DNA from: Sinorhizobium meliloti
GTDB lineage: Bacteria; Pseudomonadota; Alphaproteobacteria; Rhizobiales; Rhizobiaceae
Assembly (NCBI RefSeq): GCF_017876815.1
Contig: NZ_JAGIOS010000001.1
Coordinates: forward strand, 2,190,001-2,222,000
Direction of reading: 5' to 3'
Length of the DNA stretch: 32,000 nucleotides
In this document: piece by piece, positions 15,891 to 24,677 of the stretch
Position numbering within the stretch: the stretch's first letter is position 1
How the letters are laid out: each line of letters opens with the position of its first letter
Notes under the pieces: generated by a model
What the model was told of the DNA's origin: nothing
What the model saw: the letters and a program-made list of their open reading frames with translations, nothing else
Database searches by the model: none
Program-made: the position numbers and the translations under genes

Positions 15891-16727
15891 ATGGAACGCA
15901 TAGCTGTCAATGGGGTGTGCAAGACCTTTACCCTGAAGCCGGGACAGACCGTGACCGTGGACGGCGTGACCTCCAACCGGATCGCGGTGCTCGACGGCGT
16001 CGATCTCAGCATCGATCGCGGCGAGTTCATCACGCTGGTCGGGCCCTCCGGCAGCGGCAAGTCGGTGCTGCTTGACGTGATTGCGGGGCTGACCGGGGCG
16101 ACCTCGGGCGTTGCCAGCATCGACGGCATCGAGGTGTCGAAGCCGCATGCCCGCACGGCCTATGTCTTTCAGCAATATGCGCTCTTTCCCTGGCGCACGG
16201 CCTTGCAGAATGTCGAATATGCCCTGGAAGTGCGCGGCGTTCCGGCCGCCGAGCGGCGCGAGAAGGCCCGTCATTTCCTGCACCTCTTCGGGCTCAACGG
16301 TTTCGAGGACCGTTTCCCCTCTCAGCTTTCCGGGGGCATGCAGCAGCGCGTGGCGATCGCCCGGGCACTGTCGACCGATCCGCAGGTACTGCTGATGGAC
16401 GAGCCTTTTGCCGCGCTCGATGCCCAGACGCGGGACATCCTGCAAAGCGAGCTACTGCGCATATGGGAGCAGATAAAGACGACCGTCGTCTTCGTCACGC
16501 ACTCGATCGACGAGGCGATCTATCTGGCCGACCGCGTGGTGGTGATGACCGCCCGTCCGGCGAGGGTCAAGGAGATCGTCGAGATCGATCTGCCGCGCCC
16601 GCGCGACCTCGATATCCGCAACGGTGAAGCTTTCAACGCCTACCGCGGGCGCGTCTGGGAAAGCCTGCGCGACGAAGTGAGCAAGGCTCAGCGCGACTGG
16701 GCTCTTGCTTCCAGCTACGCCAACTGA
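15891..16727 (+). CDS. ABC transporter ATP-binding protein, NitT/TauT (nitrate/sulfonate/taurine) family
   Basis: Walker A GPSGSGKS, signature LSGGMQQRVAIARAL, Walker B LLMDEPFAALD; 278 aa. Confidence 0.9.
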   Translation: MERIAVNGVCKTFTLKPGQTVTVDGVTSNRIAVLDGVDLSIDRGEFITLVGPSGSGKSVLLDVIAGLTGATSGVASIDGIEVSKPHARTAYVFQQYALFPWRTALQNVEYALEVRGVPAAERREKARHFLHLFGLNGFEDRFPSQLSGGMQQRVAIARALSTDPQVLLMDEPFAALDAQTRDILQSELLRIWEQIKTTVVFVTHSIDEAIYLADRVVVMTARPARVKEIVEIDLPRPRDLDIRNGEAFNAYRGRVWESLRDEVSKAQRDWALASSYAN

Positions 16728-16738
16728 GGGAGGATCCG

Positions 16739-17602
16739 ATGAGCCTCATTGCAGACCGCAACCCGCCGCTGCGCAGTTCCCTGGTCCTCCGCCGAAAGCG
16801 CGCGCTGCCGAAGACGCCGACGGCGCTCGGCCGCACCTTTACCACAATCACCCTCGGGCTCCCGGCCGTCATCGCCTTTGCGCTCCTGTGGGAGATCGCG
16901 CCGCGCGCCGGGTGGATCAACGCGCTCTTCTTCCCGCCGCTGAGCCAGGTGCTCGCGGTACTGTGGGAGATGATCGTCTCCGGGCAGCTTGCCGACCATA
17001 TCGGCATCAGCCTGGAGCGTGCCGCGATCGGTTTCCTGCTCGCCTGCGTCACCGCCGTGCCGCTCGGTTTCCTGATGGGCCGCTATTCGCTCTTCGAGAA
17101 GGCCTCCGACTTCCTCGTCCAGACGCTGCGCAACACGTCGCAATTCGCGCTTCTGCCTGTCTTCATCATCGTTCTCGGCATCGGAGAAGCCTCGAAGATC
17201 GCCATCACCTTTTACGCCGCCGTCTTCTTCCTGCTGATCAACACCATTGTCGGCGTGAAGTCGGTCGATCCATTGCTCGTCAAGGCCGCGCGTTCCATGG
17301 GCACGTCGGATTGGGACCTTTTCAAGAAGGTGATCTTCCCCTCCGCCATTCCCTCGATCGTCGCGGGAGCGCGGCTCGGCGTGAAGACCTCGCTCTTCTC
17401 GGTCATTGCCGCCGAAATGCTCGCCGCGCAATCCGGCATCGGCTACCTCATCCAGCATTCCTCGCTGATGCTGGAAACCGACCGGATGTATGCGGGTATC
17501 CTGACGCTGACGATCATCGGCCTCCTGCTCAACTACCTGCTCGTTGCCGGCGAGCGGCGGGCGACGCGCTGGCGCGGCAGCGCCGAAAGCGGACCGAACT
17601 GA
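16739..17602 (+). CDS. ABC transporter permease, NitT/TauT (SsuC/TauC-like) family
   Basis: 287 aa, multi-pass. The EAA-loop region AARSMGTSDWDLFKKVIFPSAIPSIVAGARLG is present, with a GGGAGGA SD. Confidence 0.9.
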   Translation: MSLIADRNPPLRSSLVLRRKRALPKTPTALGRTFTTITLGLPAVIAFALLWEIAPRAGWINALFFPPLSQVLAVLWEMIVSGQLADHIGISLERAAIGFLLACVTAVPLGFLMGRYSLFEKASDFLVQTLRNTSQFALLPVFIIVLGIGEASKIAITFYAAVFFLLINTIVGVKSVDPLLVKAARSMGTSDWDLFKKVIFPSAIPSIVAGARLGVKTSLFSVIAAEMLAAQSGIGYLIQHSSLMLETDRMYAGILTLTIIGLLLNYLLVAGERRATRWRGSAESGPN

Positions 17603-17660
17603 CCCTCGCATCAAAGCACCTGCTTTCATCACGAACCGCCGATCTCGAAAGGATACATCG

Positions 17661-18695
17661 ATGACATCCCCCTCGATCCGCCCGCTTCGCCGGACGCTTC
17701 TGAAACTTGCTCTGGCCCTTTCGATCCTGCCGGTCGCCGGCCTTGCGCCGGCCTCGGCCGGCGAGGCGAAGCCGGACGCCATCCGCATCGGCTCGACGGC
17801 GCCCGGCCACCTGAAATTCATTCTCTACCGCCACAAGAAGCTGCTCGAAGACGAGTTTTCGAAGGAGGGCATCAAGATCGAGCTGACGACCTTCGACGGC
17901 GGCTCGGCTGCCACCGTTGCGCTCGGCTCCGGCGCCCTCGACTTCACCTATATCGGCAACAACCCGTCGCTCCGCCTGGCGGCGACCGGTGCGGACGTGA
18001 AGCTGATCGGTCTTTCGAGCTGGAATCGCTCCAACGAAACACAGATCGTCGTGAAGCCGGATTCGCCGATCCGGAAGATAGAAGACCTGAAGGGCAAGAA
18101 GGTCGCGTACCTCTCGGGCACCGTGCGCCACTCGACCTTCGCCAAGGCACTGAAGGCGGCCGGGCTCTCGATCGGCGACGTCGAGAGCCTCAATCTCGGC
18201 ATCGAAAGCTCCGGGCCGGCGCTTGCCCGCGGCGACGTCGATGCCATCGTCGAAAGCACCGGACCGGTGCAGAAACTCGTCGAAGAGGGCCAGGCCCGCG
18301 TGATCTTCGATGCCGGCGTATCGGGAAGCCCGGAATGGGCCGTGCCGCATCTCATCAGCGTCAATGGCGACTTCGCACGCAAGTACCCGCAAATCGTCGC
18401 CCGCCTGCTTGCCGTCGACGTCGCGGCGGCGCGCTGGGCGGATGCCAACCCGGAGGAAACGATCGCGATCTTCGTCAAGGAAACCGGCAACAGCGACATG
18501 GCCGTGCGCGCGACCTATCCCAATGGCAAATTCTACCAGGATCCCGAAATCACCGATGCAGCCGTTCGCGCGCTCCAGGGGGAGGAAGCCTTCATGGCCG
18601 ATGCCGGCTTGCTGAAGGGCAAGGTCGATTACCGGACATGGATCGACCGGTCGTTCTACGAAGCGGCGATCAAAAGACTTGCCGCCAGCAACTGA
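17661..18695 (+). CDS. ABC transporter substrate-binding protein, NMT1/SsuA-like
   Basis: Start placed at ATG 17661 (MTSPSIRPLRRTLLKLALALSILPVAGLAPASA, a signal peptide, possibly Tat-like with RR). The mature region IRIGSTAPGHL...GSGALDFTYIGNNP resembles SsuA/TauA-type binding proteins. The ORF-track start at 17544 overlaps the permease and was rejected. Confidence 0.8.
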   Translation: MTSPSIRPLRRTLLKLALALSILPVAGLAPASAGEAKPDAIRIGSTAPGHLKFILYRHKKLLEDEFSKEGIKIELTTFDGGSAATVALGSGALDFTYIGNNPSLRLAATGADVKLIGLSSWNRSNETQIVVKPDSPIRKIEDLKGKKVAYLSGTVRHSTFAKALKAAGLSIGDVESLNLGIESSGPALARGDVDAIVESTGPVQKLVEEGQARVIFDAGVSGSPEWAVPHLISVNGDFARKYPQIVARLLAVDVAAARWADANPEETIAIFVKETGNSDMAVRATYPNGKFYQDPEITDAAVRALQGEEAFMADAGLLKGKVDYRTWIDRSFYEAAIKRLAASN

Positions 18696-18709
18696 CATGT
18701 ATTAGGCCC

Positions 18710-18742
18710 GGGCGTCGGCGTTCATGGACCGGCGCCCCTTTC
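18710..18742 (+). terminator. Candidate intrinsic terminator of the flavoprotein/ABC operon
   Basis: GGGCGTCGG-(10 nt)-CCGGCGCCC forms a 9-bp stem including one G-U pair, followed by CTTTC. It begins 15 nt after the SBP stop. Confidence 0.5.
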
Positions 18743-18836
18743 AGAGCATTTCAATGTTTCAAGAAAACACCGAAGGGCTCTAACCATTTGAACCACGCAC
18801 TTCCGGGCGGAAAAGCATTACCCACTTTTCCTGGAA
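18743..18836. repeat. Rhizobiales-type intergenic repeat element (GGAAAAGTG...TTTTCCG family), reverse orientation
   Basis: The reverse complement reads GGAAAAGTGGGTAATGCTTTTCCGCCCGGAAGTGCG...GGTTAGAGC. It has an internal imperfect inverted repeat (CTTCCGGGCGGAAAAG / CTTTTCCTGGAAG). The opening GGAAAAGTG-N-TT(T/C)TCCG is shared with the element at 29393-29470. Assignment to a family is from memory of similar intergenic sequences in Rhizobiales. Confidence 0.4.
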
Positions 18837-18854
18837 GTGCTCTGGCTGTTCGTG

Positions 18855-20276
18855 ATGACTTCCATTCCCTCTTCGCCGCTCCCCCTTCATCGCACCCGGA
18901 TCGTCCCGGCGGTCGTCGCCGTGGCCTTCTTCATGCAGATGCTCGACAGCACGATCATCGCGACGTCGCTGCCGGCCATGGCGCATAGCTTCGACACCGA
19001 CGTCGTCGCGCTCAATATCGGTTTTACCGCCTACCTGCTCGCCATGGCGGTATTCATTGCCCCCGCCGGCTGGCTTGCCGATCGTTTCGGCGCGCGGGAG
19101 GTCTTTCTGACCTCGATCGTGCTGTTCACGCTGTCCTCCGTCGCCTGCGGCTTTTCCGGCTCGCTTTTGCAATTCACCGTTGCGCGGCTGTTCCAGGGTG
19201 CGTCCGCCGCGCTGATGACGCCGGTGGGGCGCCAGCTCGTCTTGCGCGGTGCGCCGAAGGGGGAACTGGTGCGGGCGATCGCCACCATCACCTGGCCGGC
19301 CCTGATAGCGCCGGTGATCGGGCCGCTGATCGGCGCCTGGATCACCACTCACAGCGGCTGGCAATGGAACTTCTTCATCAACCTGCCCCTTGGCGTTCTC
19401 GGTGTCGTTCTCGTTGCGTCCTTCGTGCCGCGCGTACCGGGGGAGGGCGCCCGCCCTTTCGATCTCGTGGGCTTTCTCCTTACCGGCGGCGCGCTGGCGC
19501 TGACCTTGGCCGGGCTGGAGCTCTCCAGCGCCTCTGTCGGTCCCGGCCCGCTCACCATCCTGGCCTCCGGCGTCCTGACCGGCTGTTTCGCCATCCGCCA
19601 TCTGCAGCGAACGCCGAATGCCCTTCTCGATATGGCAGTGCTGAAGGTTCCGACCTTTGCCTTCGCCACCCTTTCGGCGGGGACCGCCGGGCGGCTGGCG
19701 GTCAATGCCACGCCGTTCCTGCTGCCGCTGCTGTTTCAGCTGGGTCTGGGCTTCGACGCGGTGGAGACAGGGTCGCTCGTCTTGGCCTATTTTCTCGGCA
19801 ATCTGCTGATGAAAAGCGTGACGACGCCGGCGCTCCGCCTGTTCGGCTTCCGCTCGCTGCTCGTGGTCAACGGCGTGATCGCGGCGCTGACGATCGGCGC
19901 CTTCGCATTTGTCGACGGCGAGACCCCGCACATGCTTCTCTTCGCGCTGCTTGTCGCCTGCGGCCTCTCTCGCTCGATGCAGTTTACCTCGCTGACGACG
20001 ATCGCCTTCGCCGATGTCACGCCGGCGCAGCGAAGTGCAGCCACGACCATCTCCGCCATGCTGCAGCAGCTCGCGCAGCTACTCGGGGTCGCCGTCGCCG
20101 CGTCAATCATCCGCCTGTCGTCCCACCTGCGCCCGGACGGGGCGGATGGCGGAATGCTGACGGATATCCGCGCCGCTTTCCTTTGCATCGCGGCCATAGG
20201 GCTGGCTTCCGCACTGCGCTTTCTCGCCCTCCCGCACGATGCGGGCGTCGATGTGTCGGGACACCGCCGCCGCTGA
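18855..20276 (+). CDS. MFS transporter, DHA2 (EmrB/QacA-like, 14-TMS) drug/metabolite:H+ antiporter family
   Basis: FFMQMLDSTIIATSLPAM and WLADRFGAREVF motifs, about 473 aa, highly hydrophobic. The start is ATG 18855 or the upstream GTG 18837 used by the ORF track. Confidence 0.88.
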   Translation: MTSIPSSPLPLHRTRIVPAVVAVAFFMQMLDSTIIATSLPAMAHSFDTDVVALNIGFTAYLLAMAVFIAPAGWLADRFGAREVFLTSIVLFTLSSVACGFSGSLLQFTVARLFQGASAALMTPVGRQLVLRGAPKGELVRAIATITWPALIAPVIGPLIGAWITTHSGWQWNFFINLPLGVLGVVLVASFVPRVPGEGARPFDLVGFLLTGGALALTLAGLELSSASVGPGPLTILASGVLTGCFAIRHLQRTPNALLDMAVLKVPTFAFATLSAGTAGRLAVNATPFLLPLLFQLGLGFDAVETGSLVLAYFLGNLLMKSVTTPALRLFGFRSLLVVNGVIAALTIGAFAFVDGETPHMLLFALLVACGLSRSMQFTSLTTIAFADVTPAQRSAATTISAMLQQLAQLLGVAVAASIIRLSSHLRPDGADGGMLTDIRAAFLCIAAIGLASALRFLALPHDAGVDVSGHRRR

Positions 20277-20324
20277 AGCGCCTCAGGAACCAGGCAAGAC
20301 TCCAGCAAATCTCCCTTGTCATGT

Positions 20325-20353
20325 TGTAATTACAACATTATAGGATGAAGAGA
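20325..20353 (+). promoter_or_regulatory. Candidate promoter of the tkt-kinase operon with a perfect 18-bp palindromic operator filling the spacer
   Basis: CTTGTC (20325-20330) - N17 - TTATAG (20348-20353). ATGTTGTAATTACAACAT (20331-20348) is a perfect palindrome. A GGAGG SD lies at 20357-20361 and the ATG at 20370. Confidence 0.55.
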
Positions 20354-20369
20354 TATTTGGAGGCTTCAT

Positions 20370-22364
20370 ATGTCCGACCGCCGTGCGCTGGCGAACGCCA
20401 TTCGATTTCTAACTGTTGACGTCGTGCAGAAGGCGAATTCGGGCCACCCCGGAACGGCCATGGGAATGGCGGACATTGCCGAGGTTCTGTGGAACGACTT
20501 CCTGCGGCACAATCCGGCCAATCCGAAATGGATCAACCGTGACCGTTTCGTGCAGTCGAACGGACATGGGTCGATGCTGACCTATTCGTTGCTGCATCTC
20601 TCCGGCTACGGGCTTACGGTTCAGGACCTGAAGGATCACCGCAAGCTGCATTCCAGGACGCCCGGCCATCCGGAATACGGAATCACGGCAGGGGTCGAGA
20701 CGACGACCGGCCCACTCGGCCAAGGTTTTGCCACGGCGGCCGGCATGGCACTGGCAGAAAAGAAGCTTGCGCAGGAGTTCAATCGCGACGGCTTTCCCGT
20801 GGTCGATCACTTCACCTATGTTTTCGTCGGGGACGGCTGCCTCATGGAGGGCGTAGCGCAGGAGGCCGCCTCGCTCGCCGGCACTTTGAAGCTCAACAAG
20901 CTCATCGCGGTCTATGACGACAACAGGATCTCCATCGACGGCGAGACGCCGGGCTGGTTCGCCGACGACACGGCCGCTCGTTTCCGTGCGCTCGGCTGGA
21001 ACGTCATCGCGGACGTGGACGGCCATGATGCGGAGGCAATCACCGCGGCTTTCGATGCCGCCCGCCGCTCGACCGACAAGCCGACCATGATCTGCTGCAA
21101 GACGATCATCGGCTATGGATCGCCGAACAAGCAGGGCAGGGAGGAGGTGCATGGGGCGCCGCTCGGCGTGGAGGAAGTGGCCCGCACCCGCGAGCACCTT
21201 GGCTGGAAGCATGAGGCTTTCGTCGTGCCGGATACCGTGATGCGGGCCTGGGACGCCCGCCCGCGCGGCGAGAGGGCGGAAGCCGAATGGAATGCACTTT
21301 TTACGGCCTATGAGGCAAAGCATCCCGAACTGGCCGCCGAGCTGACGCGGCGTACAGCAGGCCGGCTGCCGGACGATTTCGATGCGGTCGTGGCAAGCGA
21401 GGCAGAGCGGATTCTTGCTCAAGAACCGGTCAGGCAACCGATCCGCAAGGCTTCCAACCGCGTTCTCGGCAATCTCCTCGCAAGCGTGCCGGAGGTGATC
21501 GGTGGTTCGGCCGATGTTTCGATGTCGACGTTGGCCTGGACAGGTGCGGCGCGTTCCATCACGCCGGACGATTTTTCAGGGAATTTCGTGCACTATGGCG
21601 TGCGCGAGTTCGGCATGTCGGCAATGATGAACGGCATGGCGGCCCATGGCGGTCTCATCCCCTACGGCGCCTGCTATCTCGTGTTCAGCGATTACAGCCG
21701 CAATGCCGTGCGCCTTTCGGCGTTGATGGGCCTCAAGACCATCTTCCTCTACACGCACGATTCGATCGGAGTGGGCGAGGACGGACCGACGCATCAGCCG
21801 TGCGAGCAACTGGTGGCGCTCCGCGCGATCCCGAACATGTCGCTCTGGCGGCCGGGCAGCGAACTGGAGGCTCTCGTTGCCTGGGAATCGGCGCTGAAGC
21901 GTGAAGGGCCAAGCGTTATCGTTGCTGCGCGACAGGACGGTGCGGTTTTCGCGCACCGGAGCGGCGATCTCGACGGTATCCGTCGCGGCGGTTACGTGCT
22001 GCAGGACGCGGGCGGAAAGCCCGATATCGTCCTCGTTGCGACCGGGTCCGAGATCGGCCTTGTCCTTGAAGCCGCGGCGGTGCTGGAGGGGCAGGGCAAG
22101 GCGGTTCGGCTCGTCTCCATTCCCAATGGCAATCTCTTCGCAGCGCAGGACCGTGACTATCAGGAGAGCGTGCTGGCTTTCGGCACGCCGACGGTATTTG
22201 TCGAGGCGGCCTCTCCGCTTTATTGGTACCAGTTCCTCAAGGGACCGGGTACGGTCGTCGGCGTCGACCGTTTCGGCGAATCCGCGCCAGGACCGGAAAT
22301 CTACCGCGTCATGAACCTGACGGCTGAGCGGATCGTATCCGAGGCCGGTCAGTTCCTGTGCTGA
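20370..22364 (+). CDS. tkt: Transketolase
   Basis: 664 aa. N-terminal ANAIRFLTVDVVQKANSGHPGTAMGMADIAEVLW, the ThDP motif GDGCLMEGV, and SNGHGSMLTYSLLHLSGY. Full-length single-polypeptide transketolase. Confidence 0.95.
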   Translation: MSDRRALANAIRFLTVDVVQKANSGHPGTAMGMADIAEVLWNDFLRHNPANPKWINRDRFVQSNGHGSMLTYSLLHLSGYGLTVQDLKDHRKLHSRTPGHPEYGITAGVETTTGPLGQGFATAAGMALAEKKLAQEFNRDGFPVVDHFTYVFVGDGCLMEGVAQEAASLAGTLKLNKLIAVYDDNRISIDGETPGWFADDTAARFRALGWNVIADVDGHDAEAITAAFDAARRSTDKPTMICCKTIIGYGSPNKQGREEVHGAPLGVEEVARTREHLGWKHEAFVVPDTVMRAWDARPRGERAEAEWNALFTAYEAKHPELAAELTRRTAGRLPDDFDAVVASEAERILAQEPVRQPIRKASNRVLGNLLASVPEVIGGSADVSMSTLAWTGAARSITPDDFSGNFVHYGVREFGMSAMMNGMAAHGGLIPYGACYLVFSDYSRNAVRLSALMGLKTIFLYTHDSIGVGEDGPTHQPCEQLVALRAIPNMSLWRPGSELEALVAWESALKREGPSVIVAARQDGAVFAHRSGDLDGIRRGGYVLQDAGGKPDIVLVATGSEIGLVLEAAAVLEGQGKAVRLVSIPNGNLFAAQDRDYQESVLAFGTPTVFVEAASPLYWYQFLKGPGTVVGVDRFGESAPGPEIYRVMNLTAERIVSEAGQFLC

Positions 22365-22390
22365 CACGATGATCCAATGATGGGGAAAGC

Positions 22391-23824
22391 ATGTATCTCG
22401 GCATCGACCTTGGCACCGGATCGGTCAAAGCGCTTCTGATCGACGGCGACGGCAAGGCTGTCGCCGAGGCCGCGCGAGCCTATCCCGTCTCCTCGCCCAT
22501 GCCGGGTTATGCCGAGACGTCACCCGCGGACTGGTGGGCACAAACGGTGGCGGCCGTGCGCGCCTGCTGCGACGGGCACGGTGGCGACGTTCGCGGCATC
22601 GGCCTCTCGGGCCAGGCACACGGTCTTGTCGCCGTCGGTGCAGACGCCAAGCCGCTTCGGCCCGCCATTCTGTGGGCCGACCAGCGTGCGACGGCGGAAA
22701 TGGAGGCGGTGCTTGCCCTCCCGGAAGCGGTGCGGCGTCCGCTCGCCAATCCCGTTGTCAGCGGGATGGCCGGTCTCTCCCTGCTGTGGCTGCGGCGGAA
22801 CGAGCCGGCAACCTATGCCGCGATTCGCCGCATCCTCGCGCCCAAGGATTGGCTGCGGCTCGTCATGACGGGCGAGGCCGCGACCGAGCCTTCCGACGCG
22901 TCGATGACGCTGCTCTACGATGTCGGAGCCGGCCGCTGGGCAACCGATGTCCTCAGCTCCCTTTCGATCGATCCCGCGATCCTTGCGCCCATCGTCGAAT
23001 CCCATTCGATAGCCGGCAGGTTGAGTGCGGCCGCGGCCGCAGAGCTCGGCCTTGCTGCCGGCACGCCGGTGGCCGCAGGTCTTTCCGATACGGCTTCCTG
23101 CCTCTTCGGCATGGGCCAGACGAAGCCCGGCTCCACCATCCTCCAGGTGGGATCGGGCATCCAGATCATGTCGGTGGTCGAATCCATCGAACCGCGGGTC
23201 CAGCCCTTTTACAACAGCTATCGCGGCATCGGCGGCAATCTCTACTCGATGGCCGCCCTCCAGAACGGCGGCACGGTATTCGAATGGGCCCGCACCGTCC
23301 TCGGCGCCTCCTGGGCGGAAATGTACCGCTCCGGCTTCGAGGAGAACGAAGGCAATGGCGGCGTCATCTTCCTGCCCTATGTGACGGGCGAGCGAGCGCC
23401 GCTGCTCGATCCGAACGCCTCGGCCGCCTGGGCCAATATGCGCCTTGGCTGCACGCGCGGCCAGCTCATCCGCTCGGTCTTCGAAGGCGTTGCCCTCGCC
23501 GTGCGCGACAGTTGGGATGCCTTGCGCGGTGTCGGTGTTTCGGCCGATCGGATACTCCTGACCGGGGGCGGCAGCACGGACCCGCGCTGGCAGCAGATGC
23601 TGGCGGATATTCTGGAGGTGCCGCTTGTGCCGGCACACGATCTCGGCAATGCCACAATCGGCGCGGCCTATCTCGGCGGCATGGCCGCCGGCCATTGGCG
23701 CTGCATCGAGGCCATCCCGTTCCCGGACGATCTCGGCAGGCCGATCGAACCCCGCCCGTTCCAGGGGCTCGACGCACTCCTGCCCCGGTTTCGCGCCACC
23801 TATCGTGGCCTCAAGCACGCCTGA
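22391..23824 (+). CDS. FGGY-family carbohydrate kinase (xylulokinase-like)
   Basis: 477 aa. MYLGIDLGTGSVKALLID (the actin-fold phosphate-1 motif), GLSGQAHGLV, and C-terminal LTGGGSTDPRWQQMLADIL...GAAYLGGMAAG. Starts 26 nt after tkt. Confidence 0.9.
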   Translation: MYLGIDLGTGSVKALLIDGDGKAVAEAARAYPVSSPMPGYAETSPADWWAQTVAAVRACCDGHGGDVRGIGLSGQAHGLVAVGADAKPLRPAILWADQRATAEMEAVLALPEAVRRPLANPVVSGMAGLSLLWLRRNEPATYAAIRRILAPKDWLRLVMTGEAATEPSDASMTLLYDVGAGRWATDVLSSLSIDPAILAPIVESHSIAGRLSAAAAAELGLAAGTPVAAGLSDTASCLFGMGQTKPGSTILQVGSGIQIMSVVESIEPRVQPFYNSYRGIGGNLYSMAALQNGGTVFEWARTVLGASWAEMYRSGFEENEGNGGVIFLPYVTGERAPLLDPNASAAWANMRLGCTRGQLIRSVFEGVALAVRDSWDALRGVGVSADRILLTGGGSTDPRWQQMLADILEVPLVPAHDLGNATIGAAYLGGMAAGHWRCIEAIPFPDDLGRPIEPRPFQGLDALLPRFRATYRGLKHA

Positions 23825-23831
23825 GAATGCC

Positions 23832-23856
23832 GCACCGGTCTCAATAGGTCCGGTGC
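23832..23856. terminator. Stem-loop between convergent genes (possible bidirectional terminator)
   Basis: GCACCGG-(11 nt)-CCGGTGC forms a perfect 7-bp stem spanning the 16-nt gap and the last codons of the GntR gene. There is no clear U-run. Confidence 0.3.
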
Positions 23857-24575
23857 AGGTCGATGGTCAGCCGGGTGCGATCGGGATGGTGCCAGGACTC
23901 GTAATATTCGAGCACCTGCTTGTTCTGGTCGTAGGTGACTTCCCGGTTGAACAGGACGTAACTGTTCATTTCCACATGTAACTGGGCGGCGATCGCCTCT
24001 TCATTGATGCGGGCGAGCTCGACCTGCCGTTTGCCGGTCGTCGCCACGGCGTTATAACGCTTGGCAAGATACTGATAGAGGGAGACGTCCTCGAGCTCCT
24101 TCGACTGCAACAGGTCGGGAAAGCGCGAGTAGGGCAGGAAGTTGCGCACTACGAGGAAAACCACCCCGTCCGCATAGCGCAGGCGCTCCAGAAACACCGC
24201 ATCGTTTTCGCCGATCTGCTCCGCGACATGGGCGGGCGGCTTGATGCGCTCCTGCTTCAACACCCGGGTCGTCAGCTTGAACCCGGCCTTGGCCATGCTT
24301 TCAAGCAGGGGATCGAGCTGCTGGACGAGCGCGATCGGCACCTTGCGTTCCAGCACGAAGGCGCCGCGGCCGCGCTCCGTCTCGATGAGATTGTCGTGGG
24401 CAAGCGACTGAAGCGCCTGCCGGACGACGCTGCGCGAGACGTCGTACTGCTGACAGAGTTCGCCTTCGGTCGGCAGCTTGCTGCCGGGAGGATAAGCGCC
24501 GGATTCGATCGCGGCCCGTAGCTCCCCCGCGAGCTGAAAATAAAGTGGGATGGGTGAACTGCGTTCGATGCTCAT
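23841..24575 (-). CDS. GntR-family transcriptional regulator, HutC subfamily (wHTH + UTRA effector domain)
   Basis: 244 aa. LPTEGELCQQYDVSRSVVRQALQSLAHDNLIETERGRGAFV is the GntR wHTH. The length and C-terminal pattern fit a UTRA domain. Confidence 0.9.
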   Translation of the reverse strand: MSIERSSPIPLYFQLAGELRAAIESGAYPPGSKLPTEGELCQQYDVSRSVVRQALQSLAHDNLIETERGRGAFVLERKVPIALVQQLDPLLESMAKAGFKLTTRVLKQERIKPPAHVAEQIGENDAVFLERLRYADGVVFLVVRNFLPYSRFPDLLQSKELEDVSLYQYLAKRYNAVATTGKRQVELARINEEAIAAQLHVEMNSYVLFNREVTYDQNKQVLEYYESWHHPDRTRLTIDLHRTY

Positions 24576-24677
24576 GCGAATCTCTGCCTTTCGTACCGTG
24601 GCGGGTAACTCTGCCTGTCGTACCCATGACCTGACAAGCGTACATCTTTAAATGCGTCCGGACTGGTGCACGGGGCG

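Noticed and set aside
16715-19931. Minus-strand ORFs of 368, 389 and 383 aa opposite the permease, SBP and MFS genes
   Set aside because: They are shadow ORFs rich in R, G, D and E, whereas the plus-strand genes have clear family signatures. The 3' end of the 18780-19931 ORF is simply the intergenic repeat read in frame.
22520-23847. 432-aa minus-strand and 437-aa plus-strand alternate-frame ORFs over the FGGY kinase gene
   Set aside because: Both give Arg/Pro/Gly-rich junk. The 22391-23824 frame has the FGGY motifs.
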